Made by a program: the position numbers and the translations under genes
The notes under the pieces: model-generated
Databases searched by the model: none
The model's input: the letters and a program-made list of their open reading frames with translations, nothing else
What the model was told of the DNA's origin: nothing
NCBI RefSeq assembly: GCF_026571515.1
Contig: NW_026853286.1
Coordinates: 62,001 to 126,000 of the forward strand
DNA from: Ruditapes philippinarum
Taxonomy: Eukaryota
Direction: 5' to 3'
DNA: 64,000 nucleotides
Shown: positions 48,955 to 63,556 of the stretch, piece by piece
Layout: each line of letters begins with the position of its first letter
Numbering within the stretch: the stretch's first letter is position 1

Positions 48955-49220
48955 GTTGAGTTTTAAGTGACGTCGATACTGTAATGGCCATATGGCGACT
49001 TTCTAGCTTTATTGGTGGATTAACATCTCAGATTCCCTCCATACATTATTTCAGCACTATCAGGTACTCGATTAAAATCACCGACGTTCCGTTTGCTTAG
49101 AACTTTATAGCTTGCTTACTCACATAGAAGAATTCAAAGTTCCCGGTGGGATTCATACCACAAAGGCGAGGGTCAAGTATATTAAGTCAACGACCTCAAC
49201 TATTCAGCCACGGACGCCCC
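48955..49220 (-). mobile_element. Degenerate tRNA-derived SINE
   Basis: Minus-strand head GGGGCGTCCGTGGCTGAATAGTTGAGGTCGTTGACTT with a degenerate B box and an A-rich tail. Confidence 0.6.
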
Positions 49221-49438
49221 ATTTTATTTCTCTATTTTTATGTGATAAATATAGTAGAAAATAACCAAGTTGAACTTAATTATAACTATTAATATGCAAA
49301 CATTTATATATATATAATTACATATGTACATTTTATTCCAACAGAGGAAAAAAATCAACAACACAACAACAGATTTATAAACATGGTTTATAATACATGT
49401 AATTACATGTATATAACGCCAGATCTGTGTTTTCTATG

Positions 49439-52400
49439 TCACCACCATTTTTCGTATTTTATTCTTTGCTTGGCAATGTTTAGCTGTAAAAGTGATAATT
49501 CTACATCTTCAATCATATGTGAAGGTCCACATATATAAACACATGTATTTTCCTTTCGTAGCCAGTTGAAACTTTTGTCTAAATCACCTGTCTGTATTCT
49601 TTTATCTAAACAGAAAGAAGATAAGTTTCTGTAGTTTTGTTAAACAAACAGAGCCTTAGTTTTTCTACAACAAAGATGTATCGTTAATATGCCATTGTTA
49701 ATTGTATATAATTTTTAGAAAAACTATATAACCTATTAAATGATTCAACCGAGTGAAGGACAAAAGCTCTCCCATCTAAAAATGACAGGGCAGATAAAAT
49801 CTCTCTCAAGAAAATGCCATCGTTATATCTTGAAAAAATTAGAAGAAGAAAAAGAGTACGCATAATTCCTCTTTGGTGTTTCTCATTTTTACAATCATGC
49901 TCTTGTGCTAAGGTTTAAATATCTACAGATTAATATACTCGTATCTAAATACATGTATACCAAAACCTAAAAATTTGTCAGCAGATTTCAAAAGTATTAA
50001 AAGAAAACTACTACTAAAGAAAACCATTTACATTTCTGAAGGGTGACTTAATTTACTTTAAATGCGTAAAAATTATTTGGCATTGCAAAAGAGAGCAGAC
50101 GTCCTTGAAATTTACGACATTGGCTGACTAACAACTAACACCATTGTTTACGAAAGTTTCAAAATATTTTGACAACATACTAAGTAAAAGGACATCTCCA
50201 ATTTTGTGGGTTGTTTCCTTCTCACGAGTCACGTGGAACTGGCAATTAATGTGTTCATTATTGTTCTGTATTATGTTCAGTTGCTCCTACAATTAAAGTT
50301 TGAAACTTCAGAAAACTGCACAGTTCATTTGATTATCAGTTAATTGAGCATGCTACCGTCCATTACTTCAAGGTACTAATAATTGTGAGAAAAAAATTAA
50401 AAACGTTTAACCTCATTTCATCATATTTCTTCCATTCAAATGAAAATAAGAATTTAAGTTAACAGTTGCATCTTCTAGTTTTTTATGCAGTGTACCTCAG
50501 TTCTGGGCCAGAATATCAACTCTGTCCCAGCTCAGTGCTAATTTTTATTTATTTGGTTTTGTTTTTTTACTTCAATTTTAACATTTTTTGGTCATATCTC
50601 GACCATCAGTCCACCTAACCAGCGTTCCTTGTCTAATAGAGAGAAAATACATGTGGCTCCTAGCCACAAGTTAGTTGTATATACAATAGAATGCAAGATT
50701 GTTCAAATAGTGCGATAATTTTGTAAATCTAGCATTAGTTCTTCAGTTTCCATGGCAATGCTATCTTCAATGACTATAACCTACAAATGTTTCTTGTCTG
50801 TGACAGTACACTATAGAGAATGCTGTCTCATATATATGCATGTATAGAAAGAATACTACGTCAAAATTATCATTACGTAGCGAGATGCACCTTTTCTATA
50901 AGTTGTAGCGTTGACTTCCGGCATTCAGAAATTACACAACGTTATTGAAGAACCAGTGCAATCTTTTGATTATTTAAAGTCTACACGATAAAAGCCATCC
51001 CTTTTTGCTTAACCTTTTCCTTCATAAAGTCCACGTGTTTTAACGGGTTTTTGTCCCCCCCCCCTTTTTTTTGAGGCCTCAAACAGTGAAAATATGCCCT
51101 ATTTAGGCCCCAAACACTGTTTTCGTTTGACAAATGTTGTAAAAAAAAGAGATCACTTTTCGGCGCGCTCCCTATCAAAATGATACATAAGGGGGTTGCC
51201 AGAAGGGGGTCTGTTTAGGGGGTTTGAAGGAGGCAGCAGGTCCCCCTCATCGCCAAGAACATTTTGGACATGTGCTAGGCTAAAAATGGCCTCAGATCAA
51301 TCCTAAGGTAATGTGTAACCAACGCTGAAAAGCCTTTCACTCTTTCTCAATGCATTGAGAAGTTGCAGCACTTTGAAATCAGTTTTGATGGAAAAAACAA
51401 TGCAAAATAGTGATTTTTCGCAATTTTGAGACGTCCCCCCATTGCAAAGGTAACAGGAAATTTAAGTTACAGAGGTTATGGTTCAGTCAACATTTGTGCC
51501 AAGTTTTTAATCAGTATTGAAGCATTTTTCATAGTTTTATAGCAGTTTGAACTTGTAACAGGAGGCTTTTTAATGAAAACAGCCATTTTTCACAATACAT
51601 GTTTGCTCATGTGGTAAAAGGTTAAACATAGTAAGGATTAGAAAACCTTGAATGAATCTTAAGTAGAATATATAAACAGAGAATAAATAACATGTTATCT
51701 TTGTGTCTGATATAAACTATACACAATTAAAATGTACACACCTTGAAAACTAATTCATCAGTGGTCCTTGCACTAAAAAGCAGCTTAACTTTTCCACTGA
51801 ACCTAGAAGAGCTGTCCCCCTTATTCAAATCAGCCACTTCATTGATAATACTGTATACTGGATTTATACCTACACCTCCAGCTATGAGGAGTAAATCAAC
51901 ATCTTTCTGAACAGCTGGGTCAAAGAAAAAGTCTCCCCCAACTCGTATCTTTACTTGTTCTCTCACTTTACACTAGAAAACAGAATATGTTACCATGTCT
52001 TTAAACAAATCAAACAAACATAAAAGACCAAGCAATCTAAAAAACATTAAAGTTTCACGAAAAACTGCAAAAAAAATAAATAAAAAAAAAAATATTGATA
52101 TGAAATATATTCTACTAAAAAATCTCGTTTTTGGTTTGATTCATTTGTATTTGAGCGTGAAATCAAATAGCATAAAACAGATGAGATGTTGCCTCCAAGA
52201 AACTATCAAACTCAATCTGCTCTGTATCATGATAAAAAATGCATTACTTTTTTATGGACAGGAATTAGTAAAGTAGAACCTGCATGCTTTCATATACATC
52301 GAAAAAAATCCCAGCATTCACATTACACACCTTTACCCGTTAAAATACATAATTTATATTCTATTTTTTTTAACTACCAAAAATGATATTTTGATAGTTG

Positions 52401-54990
52401 GTAGGACAATGTGTTTGAGTTGAGATTAACAAAAATGGACTTCATACAGTACTACTGGCATGTACTCAGTTAGAATGGGGTCACAAGTTTGATAAAAATC
52501 CCAAGTGTTATTAATTCTTGACTAGAGTATGTGGTAACTACCTAAGTAAAATTTCAAAACCTTGAATAGAAATCAAACTCTTTTTCATGAAATTGTTGAA
52601 AAAATATATATAAGCTACCTTCAGGGCATAATCAGGCTTAAAAAAATAAGTCAGATATTCATTAGCAATTTAAATGTACAGAGTGCACTTGGAAATATGA
52701 AATCAATCTTTTTTTTTAAAAAAGCTGATCTGTAAGCCACCATATGGGCATAATCAGGGCATAATCAGACCCTAAAAAGTTATTTCTAAATCAGTTTTTC
52801 CTAAGCCAATTACCTTGGTATGTACCCAATAAGCAGGGGGATGTTCACTATATTTCACTGCTAAGTCTAGACATTGGTCTTCCGTCAATCTAAGAGGGGA
52901 ACTACACATGGAAAATCCACCAATCGTCTCCACACCAGGAATAAACATGTCAACCCTAAGATACAGAGAGAAAAAAAAAGTTTATGTTTATATTTTGATA
53001 ACCACTTTGTGTGAGATGGAAGCACGGCTGTATTTAAAGTTGTAATGGAAGGCAAAAAAAATGAGCCGCGTCATGACAAAACCAACAGTGCGTTTGCGAC
53101 CAGCATGGATCCAGACCAGCCTGCGCGTCTGATCAGGATCCATGCTGTTCGCTATCGGTTTCTCTACTTGTTATAGAGTTTGTAAGCGAACAGCATGGAT
53201 CCTGATCAGACTGCGCAGGTGCGCAGGCTGGTCTGGATCCATGCTGGTCGCAAACCCATTATGTTGGTTTTGTTGTGACACGGCTCAAATCTTTTTCTCA
53301 CATACATGTTGTATGTTGCAAACTCATACAACCATTTCATTAGTGTTCAAAGCTGAATTCAGATCAAGTCTTTCTGGGGTTAAATTCTAAGGAACAACAA
53401 ACAGTTCACAATGTTTCAGTGACAGAAAAATGGTAAAAGATTAAATTTCGTTAAAAGTTTACTAAATAACTGCATTGAAAAATTGTTAGTTTTTGTAAAA
53501 TTCCTTTGAATATTTTCTAGAGCTTGAATTTAATTAATTGTTTTTGTATCACAAGGAATTTCATGGCACAACAATTTTATCGTGATCATTCATTGTATAT
53601 CACAATAAGTATTCTAATCTTTATTAATGTGTATTTCTGTTGATTATACATAAATTTTACACAAATAATCAATGTCAACAGCAAGGAAAAAGTTTGCAAG
53701 AGTTAAATTCAGCCCTGTCTTGTTCAAATTGTATTGTGTTTTCACAGATTAAATCCCTTGAACACAAATATAAGAGGAAAATTCTGTGATAAAGGAACAA
53801 ACAAACAAACAAATTTTACCATTGCCCTGCTTTAAAACTGAACTGTTTGTCTTCAACCTTTAGAGTCAGTGATTTAACAGTCTTTGATTCCTCCCTCATT
53901 CCTACAACAGTTGCCAAGGAAACAACCTGAAATAAACAAGAGTCGGTTAAGGCGAGTGATGCTCCCCGAATAGGTTTTAGACATCATAGAGAAGTAGTTT
54001 GTCCATAAAGTGTTTACCAAATTGCTGGAAAAGGTAACAACTGTTTAAATCAATAAAAATGTATTTCTTGTTGATACCTCTTGTGGTTTCAGAGTTATGT
54101 AACGGACAATAATGTAAAAATGAAAAAGGTCAATTAATTACTCAAAAATTTGGCAAGGGGCTTAGGCAGAGTTACTGTTTTTGTGCCAATGAGATCTATC
54201 TACCTAATGTGTTTCTTGTTGATACCTCTCAGTGATTTTTTTTTTTTTCACTGTATTTTATAGCCGAATAAAGGCTGTTTCCCCTAGCCAAAAATAGGTA
54301 TATTTTCCCCTAAAAATGCCTCAGGCTCTTCTTTACCAGAACCATGACTTAATATCATCTGACCAATATCAGAAGACAGAAATCTGTCCCTATAGTCAGC
54401 CTCTGCTATATGCAATGCATGTTCAATTAAATTGAAATTAATTTTTTTTTCCATAAAATGTGTGGGTAAATCCCATTTTCAGTTGTTGGAATTTGATTTC
54501 AGGTTTTACCTTTTTCTACTTTATGGCGCTATATTTTCCCCTTCAGAAAGCCACAGGTTGTTTTAAAAATTGGGAAAAAAAAATCGCTGCCTCTTGTAGT
54601 ATTTCTGAGTTAAGTCCTGGACAAAATGTAATAATTATTTTTTAATGTGCATGCTTAATTCACAGTCTATGTTGTATGGTCATTGTATGAGTCTCAATCT
54701 ATTTTTAGATTGGGAAAATCCAATTCAGCCAGTGAATATGATTCTACGCCCAGTAAATTATATAATTTTACAATTTGTTCTGTTGACTACTGTTTGGACC
54801 ATTTAGACTGCAGCTATTTTTAGATAAAAAAATATATGGAAGTGTATTTAACTATTTTTGACCACTATGACATATGTACTTTGAATATGTAGATATAAAC
54901 AATACTGAACAGATAATTTAACCAAGGGCAATTTGTACCTCACTCCTGGCACTGTCAGCTGTTCTGTCAATGTGATCACTATTCATCTGT
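49439..54990 (-). CDS. OXNAD1: Oxidoreductase NAD-binding domain-containing protein 1; exons (-) 54990-54939, 53926-53820, 52955-52814, 51972-51742, 50286-50181, 49605-49439; first coding exon not resolved
   Basis: All introns are GT-AG and phase-consistent. Translation: [17 protein letters not shown]|[15 protein letters not shown]|[37 protein letters not shown]|[49 protein letters not shown]|[14 protein letters not shown]..|[21 protein letters not shown]. Confidence 0.95.
53063..53286. mobile_element. Palindromic Sola-like MITE in OXNAD1 intron
   Basis: Same family as 48488-48724; perfect 4-bp TSD AAAT. Confidence 0.82.
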
Positions 54991-56078
54991 CTGAAATACA
55001 ACAACAACAACAACATACTCAGTGATATAATATGCTGCCTTGTTTCACTAAAACAACATAACTTTAAATAATAACAAAAAATAACTGAACTGTAGAAAAA
55101 TTATTGTTTACAAGCAAAATATTAATAGTCCCTGACTTTGGGGCATAATTATAATGAATTATTAACAATTCACCACAGTGAAATAATGATTGGCCACAGA
55201 AGAATTAAAGCAATTATTATTGCCTTAACCCAAGGAGAGGGAAAAAACTTTTTAAAATTAATTTTACAAGGAAAATGGCAATGTGTTTACTGTTAATATA
55301 AAGCCTCTAGTTTGAAATATAATCAGATTTTCAATTTATCAAAGAGTAGCATAATAATCCGAAATAATAGGAGTAAATTTACAATAAATATTATGTTAAA
55401 ATGAAAGAAATTGATTAAAAATGTAAAACAATGGGCATATCTCTAAGTCTAATTTTAACGATTAAGCCTAACATATATTTACATTGTTCTTGAAATATTT
55501 AATTCTAGTTTAATTCTCTTTATAATTGTGACACATGTACCTGAGAGAAATAAAGTTATCTGTCTGCCTGTCTATAAATCTGTAATTGACTTGCAATAAA
55601 TATTCATTAAAGTTGTTTTGACATTCACCCTTTCCACATTAAACAATAACACAAAATGGTGACAATTAATGAATATCATAAACTGATATATTTGGAAACG
55701 ACTCTACAATGTAGTTACAACATATCAATCTGATTAAATTTAGTTCCTAAATAACATAATGCTTCTATTTCTATCGATATATGAATTGAACTTAATTTAG
55801 ATCCAGCCTGTGACATAAGATAAAGTTCTCTGTTTGACTATAGAAACTTGTCTTGTGTCTCAGATCCAAAATAAAGTATCTATCTATCTACCTATCATTC
55901 TATGACCAAATAAGGACAAATTGCAGACGCCACAATTTTGAAAATAAGATGGATAAGGTAATTCTACCTAAATGAATGAAAATTCCCGATGAAAAGATTC
56001 TTTTAAATGTAACGTTACTTAAAACATTCCCTGACATAAAACATTGCAAATCGTTTCATAATTTCCCGCCACACAGAA

Positions 56079-56220
56079 CTTACCGGAACCACTAGTGATA
56101 AAGTTATCTTTATTAAAAAGAGTCACGTCAATAGAGTTATATCCCTTTGTTATTTTTTTTTTTTTGGTAAGATTGTTTTAATCAAAGGAAAGTTTGTTTG
56201 ATAAAACATCCTCGTAAGTT
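56079..56220. promoter_or_regulatory. Candidate bidirectional promoter / divergent first exons of OXNAD1 and ALDH9A1
   Basis: A minus-strand donor CCG|GTAAGT (exon end 56084) and a plus-strand donor CTC|GTAAGT (GT at 56214) face outward 130 bp apart, with CRE/ATF-like GTCACGTCA at 56122. Confidence 0.5.
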
Positions 56221-56923
56221 TTTATTTATCTTAACATGTAAATGTAGTTCCTTCAGTTTACTCGATAAATAAGAGCATGACACTTGTTTGAACACGATAT
56301 TTTCAACTCAATTCATTCATAAGTGGCAATGTTTTTCGGATAGTCCGCAAGCGGGCAGACGATTTATTTAACTATGTCAATTCTTTATCAAATACTTTAA
56401 TTACTATATTACTTTAATGACCATGGCACTGAAACGAATATCAATTTTAAAAATTATAATGAATATAATCATTATATTAGGGGATCTTTAAATTGTTAAG
56501 ACTATTAAGAGTAAAGTTAAAATTAATTGTCAACAAAATGCAGCATGTGTAACAAAAAGAAGTGTTTATCTGTGATCTACATTTTAATGTACATGTGATT
56601 TGAGACCAAAAAATTAAGTAGTGCAGCAAGATAGCACAACAAATTGTGCACACAAGGGTTTTTTTATATAACGGACAGTCGCCTGTGTAGTCTCAATATT
56701 TCGACGGCAAGACAGACCGATTTTTATAATCTGATATTTCATAGATGTGTCGCAAAGGGTGACGCATCATCTATATAAAAAAAGCCCTAAAACGCACAAT
56801 TTGTTAGGCTTTCGCCTGTGGTGAAATTAAACAAAAACAGATATCTGTGTACTTTATTCAGTTAATAAGTTGTTGTTGTTTTTTTTCAGTTCATTGTTTT
56901 TGCTATAATACAAATTATCATGA

Positions 56924-57575
56924 GTGGCGCAATAGCTCAGTTGTTTAAACCACTTATTATTCCTGATGTCCCAGGTTTCAATCCTGGGTTACACAATTGG
57001 AATTTTTTCAGAGACACTTTCAGTAGTTTCCCACTAAGGCTCCCTCGTTTACATTTTTTTGTAAACGTTTACACGACTGCTAAGAACCGAAAACGATACC
57101 GTTTTAAACGGTGGGTACCTCTATGTACTATATACACCATGTAATTTGAGTTGCCAAATGATGTCTATCTTTCTATTTTTTAATACATGTACAAATAAAG
57201 AATGTGCAAGGCTCATCACAATTGAGTCAGCACACATTTTTTTTCATTGTAACCCCATTTTTTTACCAAAAATGTATTATGTCAACGAGCAATTTTGCAC
57301 GGTAATGCTGTGTTGAGGGTTGTAAACACCCATTTTCCCGTTTGTTTACTTTGGAATAAACCCACTAGAATTGATAAAATCCATGATTACAGGCAATTGA
57401 TTAAAGAAATTTTGTAAGACAGTATGGTCATTTCGATTAAACGGTAAACAATATCGTAAACGTTTATGAATGAAAATCGAAACGAATCCGTTTAAACGTG
57501 TAATTGTTGGGGCCTTAGTTCCCACCTACCTAGAGGTGAACTGGTATTGAGGAATCAGTATCAGTGCTATACACT
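56924..57575 (+). mobile_element. Degenerate tRNA-derived SINE split by a hAT-type MITE
   Basis: A box TAGCTCAGTTG and B-like GGTTTCAATCC; the body appears to resume after the MITE. Confidence 0.45.
57035..57517. mobile_element. hAT-type MITE
   Basis: Ends TAAGGCTCC..GGGGCCTTA; 8-bp TSD TTTCCCAC/GTTCCCAC. Confidence 0.6.
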
Positions 57576-59304
57576 GTACAAGAACCAAGGGGTCTATTCA
57601 TTAAGAGCTAGGGACTGGTTCCCGGATTCCCTTGTATCTCATAGCTGCAGGGTTGTCATTAACATTTTTTGCAGAAGGTTTGTTTTGAACTTGAGGGGGT
57701 CATTTCTGTCTTTATCATGCATAACAAAGAGTGTTTTCTTAATTTTGAGACAGCCCATAATGCATTTGAGACAGGCATTTTGGCCTCCTGCCGCCTCTTA
57801 ATGACAACCTTGTAGCTGTCTCTTTCATGTATACAATGTATACCTGCTTAGAGTGATCATAAACGATTTTAAAGCAGTATGATGTAGAAGAAGTAGAAAT
57901 TAAGTTTTATTTTCTTTAATATCTTTATTTGATCTCATTTATTATTGTTATTTATATGTCATTGAGCATAACTCTTAATTGATTGGAAATTAATGGTCGT
58001 TATACTATTCTAATTCAGTTGGTAAAATTGGTTTTGGTCAGCTTGCAGTCAAAATATTGTGACTATGCTGCAAGAATGTGAAAAATATCAGGGTTTAAAA
58101 GATGCTAAATTTTCTAAACAAGAGCAAACAAATCCTGCAGATAGCAACATAAATTTGTGAAATTATTTTGCATGCATACATTTTCAGTGGATTTTATTTC
58201 ATTATATCAAATTTTAGTAAAATATTATTATTATGGTGCTTATCATGAGGTTTTGGAATTAATCATATTTACAGAATGTCAAGGGGTTATATGAAAGTCA
58301 GGTTAAACTGTACCTGTTTATGTTGTACATTATTCACTGGCGATCATCTTAAAGATAAATGTGTTTTATCAGGTCAACCTACTTAAGCAAACCTTAATTC
58401 TGATAGTTGAAATAGATAGCCTATATGAAACTGTTAAGTTTAAATACTATTAAGTATACATGTATATGAAAGATTTAATTCAATATCTGATCAATCTCTT
58501 GTTTGTTGACCAGTCCTCACTGTATCAGTGACGTTTAAAACCAAAATAGAACCAGAATAGTTATTAGGCTTATTTCTTAAAGGAACTTAAAAATACATTC
58601 CCCATTAAAAAAAAATCTCAAAAGACAAAAGTTTAATTTTGAAATAATGTAATTAAATTCTCAAATATTTACTATTAAGATATAAATAATAACACCAGTT
58701 GACTAAAACATACAATTGTGAACTCTCACTATTTAAGAGGGAGACTCACTCTTTCTCCTGTCAAATTTCTGAATATTTTCTAAGAATAAAGGGTGTTTGT
58801 TTAATAAAAAAAAGAATCTCCCTCTTTTTCATTTCAAAATTTCCTTCTATGTCTATTGTCAATTACCAAATCTCCCTCTTTTTAAAGTTAATTCTCTTGA
58901 AACATTGAAAAAAGTTAACATGTATGCTAAAAATGAAAAATTAATAGTCCCTAATTTATTTGGCTTCAGTTATTTTTTGTATGATAGTAGATAACTTAAG
59001 GGATCATGCTTCATGATTGATAGATTTTTAGTTTGTCCCAATGGTTTGCATCCTGTCCTTGGTCATTGAGATAGAAATTTATGATACAGTTATTTATTTC
59101 ATCCAGGTGAAAATGTGTATGACACGCAATGTAAATGGCAACATAAGAGGTTGTTATAATTATGTTGAACTAGTGAGTAGTGTGAAAGGTCTCCCTGGTG
59201 CTGAGTGACCAGTGGTAAGACATAAAATGAGTTAACATGACAATGGTGTTAGAAAGCTACATTAAAAAAAAATTTTTTTACTGTTTCAGCATCATTGACA
59301 GAAC

Positions 59305-59485
59305 ATGGCATGTTTAGTACGGAACAGACCATTATATTTAGCACTTATAACAAAGAGATGTTGCCACACCGCAGTTGCAAAGTCACCAGTTGTTACACAG
59401 CCACTTAACTTTCTAGATGGACAAAGAGTGGAGCCTTTGAACAATGATAAACAACAACAATTTCCTCTTATATACCCTGCCACAG
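59305..59485 (+). CDS. ALDH9A1: First coding exon of 4-trimethylaminobutyraldehyde dehydrogenase (ALDH9A1-like); gene continues beyond window
   Basis: Acceptor TTTCAG at 59289 and donor CAG|GTAAAT at 59485. An Arg-rich acid-free presequence is followed by VVTQPLNFLDGQRVEP....YPATG, matching the ALDH9A1 N-terminus VVSQPLNYRGGARVEP...EPATG. Confidence 0.8.
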
Positions 59486-62400
59486 GTAAATGTTGAATAT
59501 ATGAAGATGACATAGAACTTCCCAGTGCAATAAAAATGTCTTTGTTATCCCTATATCTGCTGGTTGATTAGTCTTTGCCACCAGTATAGAACTGTTCACT
59601 TAGTCTCTTAGACCAAGCCATATTGTTGGTAGCTGTGTAATTTGATACTGAAATTTCATAAACTTAGAACGGATTATTCCAAATTCAGAGCAGAATAAAG
59701 TCATTACACAAATTCATCAAAATAAGATTATGAGTCGAGACACTAGAAAACATTTTAAAATTGCAACCTTGCCATCCTTCCGCACAAACCAACTAATTAT
59801 AATGATGAACAGAAATATTTAATTAAAGTTATTCAACACCTTTCTTAAGTTTATTAATGTTTTTGGAAGACATTTACTAATCTTTTTTATCACACAGCCG
59901 TGCCGATTTTGCGACTCCGTAAATATGGTATTGCACGGCCGTGCATATATTTTGATGTGATGTCATTAGCGTTATACAAACATAGTGTAAAGACGCGCTA
60001 AATGTAAGCGTTATACTAAAGACGCGTCAATGAAAAATGACTCTTATTTCACTTTAAACGGTCTTTATAGTCTAGTAAAAATAAAATATGACCCAGAACT
60101 AATTGCAAAAGTTTTGAATCTTTGTTCATTGAATAGGTCTGGTATATGTATATGTCAGAAAAAAAGTTGCACATATAACTCTGTGCACAACTTTTTTTAC
60201 AAGCGTTCAAAGTTCACGAATTTTAACTTTATATTTTAAGACCCGAACTGTACACCATACACGCGGTTTTTTCCTATGACGTAACAATTTTACGTAGGCA
60301 CGCGCGTCATTGAAAACTTGTCATATGATTTCGTGAAACTTCCGTCGAAACATAAATATCATTTTTCATCAAAAATAGCATTTAGATGGCAAAGGTAAGT
60401 TTGTTTTGTGTATTTTACATTTACTTTTATCATTTATGCCTTTTTACTTTCACAATAAGTGCCATAGTTAAATATAACTACGATTTTATGTTAAATATTT
60501 TTGGAAATAAACAGCAAACCAATATCACCAGTAAATGTTAGTAGATTTGATTTAAATAAACGATCTATATATATTTATAAGAAAACGATGTTAATAAGAC
60601 ATATTTAATATGAAAACTTTGTATTTTCGACATTATATTGTTACTTTGAAATGAACAAATTTCACGATTTTTTAATCTACGGAAGACAAAACGGGACATA
60701 ATTTACGTCGTGAATATGCATTATTTTATTATAACAAGGTATTTTTATTGTACTGTCGGGGACCATCAAACGAACACTTTTTGAACAATTTTCCGTACAA
60801 ATTTCATAATTTCTAACCTAGAGACCTTAAAATTTGACACAGTTCAGCTAGGTTCTTCTCCTAACTAACAAACTAGTTTGTTTATTTCTGATTGTATTGA
60901 CACTTATATCTGAGGCTCCACAAGGAGGGTATCAAAATTACCTAACTTGTCTACACTACAGTACCATGTGTCCGGACAGATATGTACATCACGTGGGGTG
61001 TTTTGATTTTAGATTTTTAACATGATATACAATATTTCAGCAACAAATGCTGAAGTTTTGGATATTCTATTGTTTACTCTGCAAATGATTATAGCTCGTA
61101 TATGAGGTCAGGCAATGCTTTCTTGACCCCCAAATTTCAACGTCAACATTCTAGAAATAGACAATAAAAATATTACCATTTACGTTGGTGAAATAAATTT
61201 ATTTACTTAATTTGACTGACAACCACTGAACAAAGAAAATACTAAATAAAGCATTTTCGGGACCGTCCGGGTTTGGTGGTTGTCTGGTTTTGGTGGTCCC
61301 AAACCAGTATATAAAACAATATTCAGATTTACATGTACGTATATATAAATTTATATTTAGATATATATTTTGCATTATTTAACACGTAAATGTACATAAA
61401 TAAAATCAATACTTAATTTCAGATAGGGCATCCATGATTAACACACCAATGGTCATATGATGATTATCTAATGTTCAGCTGTCTCTTGTATCAAGGTGAG
61501 TCATACTTTAAGTATTATCTATGCACAATTTCTATCTATAATATATGAACAATGTTTGTTTTAACTTGTCCTTTGATTAAATATGCTATTATGTGAAATG
61601 GACCACACCAGTAGCTTTTCATAGGAAATTTGCAAAATCGCTCCCGAGCTTTCATACTACATGATTGCCAGGAACATACAATACATTCCATATATGTTCA
61701 CCTTCATCGGTCTGTTGTGATTGTATAACTTACTGATTTAATATTTTAAAAATGCAAAGTATAACATAGTACGGATATTTTTTGTTATTGCCTACATTTA
61801 ACACCTATGGAAAGTAATGCCGAATATTCAAATTGGCATTGGCCAAATGACGTCACGCTTTATTAATCAAAGTGGAAATATGAAATGAACGATTATGTCA
61901 TTTGAGTATCGGTTCATGCAAAATATACTTGTTTCTTTTAAATACAAAGTTAATATGCTAATATAAATATATGCTAAATTCATACATGATTTCTCACAAA
62001 ATATGTCTTTTATTTCTATAGATGATACAAGCCACATTACCAAACCCTGCTGATGGAACAAACAACGATATGAAGGGCGTTGCATTTCGGTATGTTTATA
62101 CTGACTTCTGTATATTAAATTAATAAAAACTCATGACAATTTCTCTGTAAATATACACATGCTTGCCATTAAGTTTTCGGACAAAGGTTTAATGTATGTT
62201 AAATGCAGGGAAATAACATAGGCTATTTAAGGTAGGCTGAAATAAATGCACATTTTATACTGAATATTTCTATACTGAATATTTTTTCCAGAAAACCGTT
62301 GTGCATTTCTGATTTCGGGATCTACAAATAAATATCAACATGGCAACAGGTATATTTTGTTTTTACCAATGTCAGATGGTTTATACATTCATCATGTTCC

Positions 62401-62589
62401 CATGTGTCGATATTGGTCTGAATAGTAAGAAAATCAATACACAAACATATATAAAATAACATATTTCATAAGTTATATACATGTATGATGTATATTCATA
62501 TTTTACACTACATAATACTATTGTTACTGTGAAATAATGCATATACAAAATAATAATATATACAGATCTGTAGATTTAAAATATGCTTT

Positions 62590-63556
62590 CAGATTCTACA
62601 ACGTGCGTATTTTGTGCGCAGGATATCCAGAATAGGTCCCAATTGTCACTCTCAGAGAGAAGGGAAGCAACAGTGTTAACCATGCTAGCGATCTGAGGAA
62701 TTCAAGTATACAAGTATACGAACAATTACAGGCCAAATTGTGCACCAAGACTGTAGAAGGGATTTTATTCACAATAGAAACATTTCAAGTAGTCCCAATG
62801 TTAAGTGTAACCAAGTTAAAAGACCTTTAAGATCAAATGCTAATTTTGCTTTTAAGTGTAATTGCTTGTTCTATGGTAAGCCTGCTAAAATTGCATCTGG
62901 TAAACGTAGATGTTCATCCTGGTAGAAGTTTTGATTTTCAGGAAACACATCGTCGGAACCCACGGCACATTTAATATTATTACCGATACATATATACGGT
63001 AAATAGCCTGGGTAACCGAGGATGCAGGAAACAATACAACTCAAATGTTCTGAGAGAAACAATCTGTGGGGAAATGTTGTATTTAACAGACTGTTGTCAG
63101 TTTTGGATTTTCGTCAGATTCGAAGAATGTATATTTCAGATAAGACAATGAAAACCCAAATAGTTTGGCATATATATTCAAAAGACACCAAAATGTGATT
63201 GGAATAAAGATTTGTTATCTCCTACCATTCCTGCACGCTTTCTCTGGTTGCGACAGTTCGTTAAAATAATGTGTAAAAATGAAGTGTTCCGGCAAAATGC
63301 TGCAATATTTCATTCTTCAACAAACAAAGAAGAAATTATTACAGGTGGTGAAAATGCCATGAGGATATTATATGATGGAGCTAGGGAGATAAGTTTGAAC
63401 AGACTGAGATTTCACAAATTTGTAAGTAAAACCATGTCAAGTTCATCTGTTATTCAAGTTCAAAGCAATCCGCCTACGTCTGATGCTGCGGGGCAACACT
63501 CTATACCGTCATATTTTCAAACACAAACATGGATTGGAAATGATAAATTTAACTAA
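62590..63556 (+). mobile_element. Internally deleted, degenerate Academ-like transposase relic in ALDH9A1 intron
   Basis: N-terminal motifs CVFC..IVTLREKG, VHQDCRRDF, FAFKCNCLF and CSERNNLWGNVVFNRL are joined to C-terminal GENAMRILY..SLNRLRF..PPTSDAAGQHS..YFQTQTW. Element ends not defined. Confidence 0.6.

Noticed and set aside
59885-60800. Additional MITE/Crypton-like element start (TTATCACACAGCCGTG..)
   Set aside because: No matching second terminus or TSD was found in the window, so it is not called.
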